A DNA stretch of 63,698 nucleotides, filler included. It is 3 parts of 3 records of this genome, joined end to end, with 100 filler letters (N's around TTAATTAATTAA, not from the genome) between each part and the next. Parts side by side here need not be neighbours in the genome. Positions count along the whole stretch, not along the records: positions 38,841 to 63,698 come from SRR20825019_603; 2 more parts are not named here. The stretch is one strand, 5' to 3'. Positions 56,861 through 63,698 of this stretch are shown here, one piece after another. The notes below the pieces were generated by a model. It saw nothing but the letters and a program-made list of their open reading frames with translations. It had not been told where the DNA came from and made no database searches. Positions within the stretch are counted from its first letter, which is position 1, and the number at the start of each line of letters is the position of its first letter. Position numbers and translations under genes: made by a program.

Positions 56861-57886
56861 ATGAAGACCCTCGGAACCGCCTCCGTAGCAGCCCTAAGAC
56901 AATATGTCCGCGCCGCCAATGCCCAAGGCCTGGATACCTCAGCACTGTTCAGCAACGCCGGGCTTGATGCGTCGATTCTCCAGACCGACGACGAGCGTAT
57001 AAACGGCGAGCAGTTCCAGGCATTCATACGGCTGCTTTGTGAACAAAGCAATAACCCCATCCTCGGCCTTGAAACCGGTGACTTCGTGCAACCGGGGTCC
57101 TACAGTGTTCTCGGGTATATCACCATGAGCTCCGCCACGCTGGGAGAAGCAGTAGCTCGTATAGCCCCGTTCGAGAAACTGGTCGGCGACATGGGAACGA
57201 CGCAAATTGCGGGTAGCGGCGATCACATCAAACTGATCTGGGCCTGCAACTACACCGACCCGGTCGTTCGCCCCCAGATGGTGGACAACGTCTTCGCCTC
57301 CTGGATCAACTACGCCCGCTGGCTGGCCGACAACAGCGCCGCCTCGCCAGTGGAAGTACACCTCGAACACCCTTCCCCCGGGCCGGAGTTGGAGAACGCC
57401 TACACGGAACGCTGGGGCTGCCCGGTACGTTTTCGTTCCAACGAAGATGCCATTGTTCTGCACAAAGACCTGCTGGGCACTCCCCTACGCCAGCCTGACC
57501 CACTGCTGCGAAAAACCCTGGAAGCCCACGCCCTCAGCCAACTGGCCACCCTGGAAACCGACACAGCCCTCACCAACCGGGTTAAACACAGCATTCGCAA
57601 ACAGTTGATGCACGGCATCACCCGCCAGGACATGGTCGCAGACCATCTGGGCATGACCAGCCGAACGCTGCAGAGAAAACTTAGCCAGGAAGGTGTTTCG
57701 TATCAGCAGTTGCTGGACGAGGTGAGACAGGCAATGGCGGAAGATTTTCTGACGAACAGCGAACTGGGCATTCCGGAGATAGCGTTGAGGCTGGGGTACA
57801 GCGAAACAACGTCGTTTCACCGAAAGTTCAAAGCAGAGACGGGGAAGACGCCCGGAGAGTTCCGGGCGTCACGAGAGGCCACTTAA
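56861..57886 (+). CDS. AraC family transcriptional regulator (OruR-like architecture)
   Basis: [12 protein letters not shown] and [22 protein letters not shown] double HTH; its stop overlaps the argG stop. Confidence 0.9.
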   Translation: MKTLGTASVAALRQYVRAANAQGLDTSALFSNAGLDASILQTDDERINGEQFQAFIRLLCEQSNNPILGLETGDFVQPGSYSVLGYITMSSATLGEAVARIAPFEKLVGDMGTTQIAGSGDHIKLIWACNYTDPVVRPQMVDNVFASWINYARWLADNSAASPVEVHLEHPSPGPELENAYTERWGCPVRFRSNEDAIVLHKDLLGTPLRQPDPLLRKTLEAHALSQLATLETDTALTNRVKHSIRKQLMHGITRQDMVADHLGMTSRTLQRKLSQEGVSYQQLLDEVRQAMAEDFLTNSELGIPEIALRLGYSETTSFHRKFKAETGKTPGEFRASREAT

Positions 57887-59094
57887 AGCTTGCGACCCTT
57901 GCCAGCCGCAATCCTCAACCGAAGCGCATTCAGCTTGATAAAGCCTTCAGCATCCTTCTGATCGTAGGCGCCCTGGTCTTCCTCGAAGGTCGCAATCTTC
58001 TCATCGAACAGCGAATCTTCAGACTTACGCCCAACCACATCCACGTTGCCCTTGTAGAGCTTCAGGCGCACAGTACCGTTTACATAAGTCTGGGTCTGGT
58101 CGATCAGCGCCTGCAGCGCTTCCCGCTCAGGGGACCACCAGTAACCGTTGTAAATCACCTCCGCATAACGCGGCATGATGCTGTCCTTCAGGTGCGCCAC
58201 TTCGCGGTCCAGGGTGATGGACTCAATCGCACGGTGGGCGCGCAGCATGATGGTGCCGCCCGGAGTTTCGTAACAACCGCGGGATTTCATACCCACATAA
58301 CGGTTCTCAACAATGTCCAGACGACCAATCCCGTTCTCGCCGGCGACCTTATTCAGGTGTTCAAGCACCTCGTGAGGCTTCATGGCCTGGCCATCAATCG
58401 CCACGATATCGCCTTTCTCATAGGTCACTTCGATATAGGAAGGCGTGTCGGGCGCTGCTTCCGGAGACACACTCCAGCGCCACATATCTTCCTCGGCTTC
58501 CGCCCAGGGATCTTCCAGGTTGATACCTTCGTAAGAAATATGGAGCAAGTTGGCATCCATGGAGTATGGGCTCTTGCCCTTCTTCTTCTCCACCGGAATG
58601 TTGCGCTCGTCGCAATAAGCCAGCAGCTTCTCACGGGAATTCAGATCCCACTCACGCCAGGGGGCAATCACCTTCACACCCGGCTTCAGCGCGTAGGCCC
58701 CTAACTCGAAACGAACCTGATCATTGCCCTTGCCGGTAGCGCCGTGGGAAATCGCATCCGCACCGGTTTCGTTGGCAATCTCAATCAAACGACGGGAGAT
58801 CAGCGGGCGTGCGATGGAGGTACCCAGCAGGTACTCCCCTTCGTAGATGGTGTTGGCGCGGAACATCGGGAACACGTAGTCACGAACGAATTCCTCGCGC
58901 AGGTCCTCAATGTAGATTTCCTTCACGCCGAGCGCTTTCGCTTTCTCACGCGCCGGCTCAACTTCCTCGCCCTGGCCGATGTCGGCGGTGAACGTCACCA
59001 CCTCACACTCATAGGTATCCTGCAACCAGCGAACGATTACCGAGGTATCCAGGCCACCGGAATACGCCAGAACCACCTTTTTAATATCAGACAT
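57883..59094 (-). CDS. argG: Argininosuccinate synthase
   Basis: [34 protein letters not shown]. Confidence 0.98.
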   Translation of the reverse strand: MSDIKKVVLAYSGGLDTSVIVRWLQDTYECEVVTFTADIGQGEEVEPAREKAKALGVKEIYIEDLREEFVRDYVFPMFRANTIYEGEYLLGTSIARPLISRRLIEIANETGADAISHGATGKGNDQVRFELGAYALKPGVKVIAPWREWDLNSREKLLAYCDERNIPVEKKKGKSPYSMDANLLHISYEGINLEDPWAEAEEDMWRWSVSPEAAPDTPSYIEVTYEKGDIVAIDGQAMKPHEVLEHLNKVAGENGIGRLDIVENRYVGMKSRGCYETPGGTIMLRAHRAIESITLDREVAHLKDSIMPRYAEVIYNGYWWSPEREALQALIDQTQTYVNGTVRLKLYKGNVDVVGRKSEDSLFDEKIATFEEDQGAYDQKDAEGFIKLNALRLRIAAGKGRKL

Positions 59095-59287
59095 GCCCTT
59101 GCTCCAGACTGAACAGAATGGATGTATCAACAATAAGGGGCGTATTGTACGGGACAGCGGGGGGAATGGCTATTGGGGCAAGAGGGCGACCTCGTTACTG
59201 GCCGCGGATGCCACCGGCAGGACGCCAGGTGGCATCTTGGATAGAATCTTGGATAGAATGCACGGCATTCACACCAGAACGTCGTAT

Positions 59288-59689
59288 TCAGACAGCCTGC
59301 TGTTGCTTGGAGGTAGCCTCTTCGCGGATGCCATCCCAGCCGTCTTTGATTGAGCGCAGAAGGTCCGCGACTTCATCAAGCTTAGCGACGTCATTCTTGG
59401 CATTCGCTTCAAAAAGGGTCCGCTCCATGTAGTCATAAAGCGATTCCAGGCGCACGGCCAGATCGCCACCCTTCTCAAAATCCAGAAAGCCACGGAGGCC
59501 ACCGATGATTTCAATCGCTTTGGAAATCAATCGGCCTTTGCCCTCAAAATCCTTCGCCTGCATCCTGGCTTTGGCCATGTTAATGCGTTCCAACGCTCCG
59601 TTGTAAAGAAGCTGGATCAGCTTGTGAGGATCGGCATCCGTAATGCTGGTTTGGGCGTTTACGCGTTGGTAAGCCTGTAAACCGTTCAT
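59288..59689 (-). CDS. fliS: Flagellin export chaperone FliS
   Basis: ADPHKLIQLLYNG, LESLYDYM, IKDGWDGI. Confidence 0.95.
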   Translation of the reverse strand: MNGLQAYQRVNAQTSITDADPHKLIQLLYNGALERINMAKARMQAKDFEGKGRLISKAIEIIGGLRGFLDFEKGGDLAVRLESLYDYMERTLFEANAKNDVAKLDEVADLLRSIKDGWDGIREEATSKQQQAV

Positions 59690-59725
59690 AAGTGACCTCT
59701 TTATTCGCTTTTCGTGCAATAAACA

Positions 59726-61717
59726 TCAATTGTTATTGCGATTATTCTGTGGTGCCAGCGCAGCAAGCTGCTGGCTCACAAAGTCCTGTGTACTGTTCAG
59801 TTGCGAGATCAATGAATCCGCAGCTGTGAATTGACTCACCAGGCGCTCTCGATAGGCTGTAATTCTCTCTTCCAGCCGAATCTGATTTTCCTGAATTCGC
59901 TCCAGATCGCGGTTCAGGCTCTCGGTTCTGGTATCAATTGCACCATCGGCACCGACAAAGTTGGTGATCAGATCAACCGTACGTTCGCCAACACCTTCAA
60001 TAAATTGTATCGAGCCTCGACTTCCAGTCTGATCGCCCAATATTTGTACCTGGAGCCCAGACGCAGCACCGCTGTTTTCGCCCAGAAACAGTGTTTGCCC
60101 TTCGCCTTCAGCTGTTCTTCCGTCAATGGTACCCGCAACATCGAGGCCATCCGTGCTTGTGGCGGCATCCAATCCAAACGTAGCCGCGCTTTCAGCGGAC
60201 GACAAGGTGACCGAAGACTCGCTGCCGTAGGTGGAGGAAGAGAAAACCAGCTCATCCCCAGCCCCCAGGCTCACCTGAACGGACCCATCTGACGCGTTCA
60301 GCGCGTTGTTGCTATTAAGCTGAGCCTGAATCTCGTCAACCAGATCCTGTGCACTGTTGTAAGTCTGCTGTGTAAGCTGAAGGTTAACGGAGGTATCACC
60401 ATTAACCAGCAGTGAAAACTCATCATTTGTTCCGTCAATAGTAACGGGAAAAGTGGCTGCGGCATTCCCGGCAAGCGTGCCTTGGGTCGCAGCCTGGGTC
60501 ACGTTGATATCATAGGTTCCAGGTTCGGTGTTTACACCACTGCGAACAAACTCTACCTGGCTGTCGGTAGCCCTGCCCTGTTCGGCAAACAAAGCCGTGA
60601 CATCGTCCGGATTAGCCTTTAACTGCGCCATGAACTCTTCGCGGTCAAATTCCAGAGAGCCAGTCTCGAAATTTGTGGTAATACCCACATCCGCCAGACT
60701 TCGGACACTTGCATCTTCAAGCCCGGGAACAACGCGGGTCAGCACTTGGCGGAGTTGGTTCTGAATACCCCGAATAACGCTATCGCCAGTCAGAAGGCTT
60801 CCGCTACCGCTCTCTGCATTGAATCCTGCCAACGCATCAATGGTTTCCTGCAGGCCATTAAATTTCTCGACAAAGCCCTGGACACGGTCCGCTACCGCAC
60901 CGAGATCCTGTTCAACCTTAACCGTGGACGTACCAGTGGCAGTCAGATCAAATGTCAAACCATCAATGACGTTCTCAAAACTATTGGTAGAACGGGTAAC
61001 CTCTACGCCATTGATACTCATCACGGCGTCCGACGCGGCGATTGTCTCATTGAGACCGGCGCCCGCATCCATTGATGTGTTAAACGCAAAACGGGAAAGC
61101 CCCTGGGCATCGGTATCCGTGCCGGCGCTGTCGCCCGATACGGAAATACTAACGGCGTTTGCCGTACCGGTTTCGTCTGCCGATAGCACGAGCTGGAAAC
61201 CACTACCGGTATCGATTACGCCCGCTGAAACCCCTGCATCAGAATCGTTGATTGCGTTTGCCAGGCCCTGCAACGTGTCGTTACTGCTGTCTATAACAAT
61301 ATTGGTGGTGTTGTCACCAACAGAAAGCGTCATTGTTCCCTGGCCAACACTGGTCTTGTCGCGATCCGCGAATACATCACGCGACGCGAGCGCCTGAGCG
61401 CTGGCGAGACTTGTCACATCGACACTGTAAGTACCGCGGTTAGCCTTGGAGCTGTCCACAGACACAGCAACGTCTTCGTTGGACGACGTTGCAGAAAAGG
61501 CTTTGAGATTATCTGGAGCACTCAATTGCCGCATTGGAAGGCGCAGCTCTGTTACTGCACTGCGAAGCGTGCCATAGGCAGAAATCAGCGCCTGGGTGCG
61601 CTCGGTCTTCTGAGCCAAACGATTTTCCGTCGGTGCCCGTTCCGCTTGCACCAACTGATCGACCAACTCGGAGGTCAGAACACCAGACCCGATACCCAAC
61701 GATGATATATTTGCCAT
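59726..61717 (-). CDS. fliD: Flagellar filament cap protein FliD (663 aa)
   Basis: MANISSLGIGSG, LVQAER, C-terminal QFTAADSLISQLNS; SD GAGGAGG. Confidence 0.95.
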   Translation of the reverse strand: MANISSLGIGSGVLTSELVDQLVQAERAPTENRLAQKTERTQALISAYGTLRSAVTELRLPMRQLSAPDNLKAFSATSSNEDVAVSVDSSKANRGTYSVDVTSLASAQALASRDVFADRDKTSVGQGTMTLSVGDNTTNIVIDSSNDTLQGLANAINDSDAGVSAGVIDTGSGFQLVLSADETGTANAVSISVSGDSAGTDTDAQGLSRFAFNTSMDAGAGLNETIAASDAVMSINGVEVTRSTNSFENVIDGLTFDLTATGTSTVKVEQDLGAVADRVQGFVEKFNGLQETIDALAGFNAESGSGSLLTGDSVIRGIQNQLRQVLTRVVPGLEDASVRSLADVGITTNFETGSLEFDREEFMAQLKANPDDVTALFAEQGRATDSQVEFVRSGVNTEPGTYDINVTQAATQGTLAGNAAATFPVTIDGTNDEFSLLVNGDTSVNLQLTQQTYNSAQDLVDEIQAQLNSNNALNASDGSVQVSLGAGDELVFSSSTYGSESSVTLSSAESAATFGLDAATSTDGLDVAGTIDGRTAEGEGQTLFLGENSGAASGLQVQILGDQTGSRGSIQFIEGVGERTVDLITNFVGADGAIDTRTESLNRDLERIQENQIRLEERITAYRERLVSQFTAADSLISQLNSTQDFVSQQLAALAPQNNRNNN

Positions 61718-61760
61718 AGTATGTGCCTCCTCAGGAGGGCAATTTCCAATGCTATTCCAT

Positions 61761-61787
61761 ATATCGGCCTGAAGCGGCAAAACTTTG
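61761..61787 (-). promoter_or_regulatory. Sigma28 (FliA) promoter of fliD-fliS
   Basis: CAAAGTTT-N11-GCCGATAT versus consensus TAAAGTTT-N11-GCCGATAA. Confidence 0.85.
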
Positions 61788-61823
61788 CCTTTTCTACCGA
61801 CCAATTTGTAACCACATGTAAGC

Positions 61824-61857
61824 AAAACACCGCCGACCCCTTTCGGGTGCGGCGGTG
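61824..61857 (-). terminator. Terminator after flaG
   Basis: CACCGCCG...CGGCGGTG-TTTT on the minus strand. Confidence 0.7.
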
Positions 61858-61898
61858 CTGAACAACCGTTTTCAACGTCAGGCCAAGAGCGGCAAACT

Positions 61899-62339
61899 CT
61901 AGACCTTCGTGTTGAATAACGTCAGCGGTTCATCCTGCTGCAAGTTTTCTGCCAACCTCAACGCAACTTCATCCGGAATTTGCCGAATAACCTCTTGGGT
62001 GGACTGATCGACGACCTTGACGATCGTCTGTCCCCGCTCGTTATCCACTTCAAACTGCAAATCCCTCTGGACCGTCTGAACGAAATCGTTCAGTTGAGAC
62101 ACGGCATCATCCAATTTCTCTTTCTGTGCCTCACTGCGCCTTTCGAGCCTCTCAGCTTTCGAAAGTTCCTGAGCCCCGGACAACAACTCCGAACGCTCAG
62201 CAAGACCAGGTGATGAAGGTGCAGTCAGGGCGGAGGCATTCCTGCCTTCGGCCTGAGATGACGAAATTGCCCGAGCCGGAGCTTGCTCGCTGGAACGAAT
62301 CAGCTTCAAATCCGGGCCATTCAGGTTAACGCCATTCAT
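61899..62339 (-). CDS. flaG: Flagellar protein FlaG
   Basis: RDLQFEVD...IVKVVD...EVIRQIPDE. Confidence 0.92.
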   Translation of the reverse strand: MNGVNLNGPDLKLIRSSEQAPARAISSSQAEGRNASALTAPSSPGLAERSELLSGAQELSKAERLERRSEAQKEKLDDAVSQLNDFVQTVQRDLQFEVDNERGQTIVKVVDQSTQEVIRQIPDEVALRLAENLQQDEPLTLFNTKV

Positions 62340-62368
62340 AGCTCACCTCGCTATCCTCATACAGCAGT

Positions 62369-62391
62369 AAACCGGGGCCCAAAGACCCCGG
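62369..62391 (-). terminator. Hairpin/weak terminator between fliC and flaG
   Basis: CCGGGGTC-TTTG-GGCCCCGG-TTT on the minus strand. Confidence 0.6.
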
Positions 62392-62410
62392 CCTTGCCGT
62401 TATGCCCCTG

Positions 62411-63698
62411 TTACTGCAGGAGGGACAGAACCTGCTGCGGGCGGGCATTCGCCTGCGCCAGTACAGAGATACCAGCCTGCTGGAGAACCTGCGCCTTGGA
62501 CAGCTTAGCAGTTTCAGATGCGAAGTCTGCATCCAGAATCCGGCTGTTAGCGGCCGACAGGTTTTCGGCAGTTGTGCTCAGGTTGGCGATTGTGGATTCA
62601 AACCGGTTCTGGGCAGCACCCAGGTCGGCGCGGATACCACTGATCTGCTCCAGAGCCGCATCTGCAATCTCGATTGCGCTGTTAGCACCTGCAACAGTAC
62701 CGATGTCGATAGAAGACACTGACTGGAGGTTAGAACCAACCACGGTGTCTGCTGCAACGTTCAGAATGCTACCAGCGGTCTCGGCAATGGAGGAACTGAC
62801 TGAGAACGCCCCGGATGAAGCGAACTCAACAGAGCCCGATGCAATTGTGCTGTCGGTGCTGCCAGCGGTCAGAGTTACGGCAGTAGGATCACCGCTACCT
62901 TGGAGGGTCGCTGTGCCAGTCGCGTCGCCTGAGTTCGCAAAGTCTGCCAGACGAATATCCTTACCGTCAGCCTGGGTCAGCGCGATGGAGCCACCACTAG
63001 CCTCGGCGGTCACACCTGTGGTACCGGAAGTATCGTTAATGGCTTTGGCCAATGCACCAAGGTCGGTGGTGGTCACAGCAGCAGAAATCGTTGCGGTGTC
63101 GCCGCCACTACCCAAAGTAAAGGAAACCGTGCCGTCGGCGGACAAACCAGCAAACGTGGCAGAGGTGGAAGCGGTAGCTGTCACACCAGTAGTGCCAGTT
63201 TCCGCGTTAACCGCAGCAGCGATAGACTCAGCTGTCTGGCCGGCGGTAAGGCTGACCACCTCAGAGCCTTCAGTACCGGAGACTGTGATGTCCTGAGCTG
63301 CGATGGTGTTGTTGGCGGGAAGGGTGGCTGCACCACCAGCAACAGACCCCGTACCCTGACTGACAGTAGTGTTGCTCTCACCAGAAACGGTATTGTTGCC
63401 CAAATCGGCGCCACGAGCACCGGTCACGGATACTGAGATGGTCTGGTTAGCATTGGCACCAACCTGGAATGACTGAGCAGTGAAGCTGCCATCCAGAAGG
63501 TTGAGGCCGTTGAACTGGGTAGTACCGGCAATACGGTCAAGCTCTTGCTTCAGCTGGTTTACTTCGCCCTGAAGTGCAGAGCGGTCAGAAGAAGAGTTAG
63601 TCGAGTTGGCCGACTGAACAGACAGCTCACGGATACGCTGCAGGATATTGGTGGTTTCTTCCAGAGCACCTTCAGCAGTCTGAGCCAGAGAAATACCG
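62411..63698 (-). CDS. fliC: Flagellin (5' end outside the window)
   Basis: [12 protein letters not shown]...[11 protein letters not shown] at the window edge; C-terminal [11 protein letters not shown]...DADFASE...QVLSLLQ. Confidence 0.97.
   Translation of the reverse strand, partial: GISLAQTAEGALEETTNILQRIRELSVQSANSTNSSSDRSALQGEVNQLKQELDRIAGTTQFNGLNLLDGSFTAQSFQVGANANQTISVSVTGARGADLGNNTVSGESNTTVSQGTGSVAGGAATLPANNTIAAQDITVSGTEGSEVVSLTAGQTAESIAAAVNAETGTTGVTATASTSATFAGLSADGTVSFTLGSGGDTATISAAVTTTDLGALAKAINDTSGTTGVTAEASGGSIALTQADGKDIRLADFANSGDATGTATLQGSGDPTAVTLTAGSTDSTIASGSVEFASSGAFSVSSSIAETAGSILNVAADTVVGSNLQSVSSIDIGTVAGANSAIEIADAALEQISGIRADLGAAQNRFESTIANLSTTAENLSAANSRILDADFASETAKLSKAQVLQQAGISVLAQANARPQQVLSLLQ

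Overview
The window is an artificial concatenation of three contigs joined by identical 100-nt spacers (N44-TTAATTAATTAA-N44) at 19580-19679 and 38741-38840. Contigs 1 (1-19579) and 2 (19680-38740) are gene-dense eukaryotic DNA from an unidentified, probably flagellated protist. It has short (~46-60 nt) GT-AG introns, the standard genetic code, and very GC-rich islands at gene starts. Its genes are: a 9-finger Unkempt-like CCCH protein; a ~1720-aa NLR-like protein (degenerate phosphotransferase/TCAD9-like domain + NACHT + RI-type LRRs on phase-0 repeat exons); a >3000-aa secreted LamG/IPT-TIG repeat protein; ORC6 with upstream E2F sites; an EF-hand/WD40 protein; a PTS1-bearing SCP2-type thiolase; and RING, OSCA/TMEM63-like and TPR proteins. 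Contig 3 (38841-63698) is an ordinary Marinobacter-like gammaproteobacterial housekeeping region: purK, sodB, GGDEF-EAL, lemA/M48, gspNCD, groESL, fxsA, SDR, atl, ampG, yajQ, REC-GGDEF, AraC, argG, fliS-fliD-flaG-fliC. The best novelty candidates are the protist NLR architecture and an ampG gene that lacks a canonical start codon and is in frame with yajQ. All calls come from motif recognition by eye; no database search was run.
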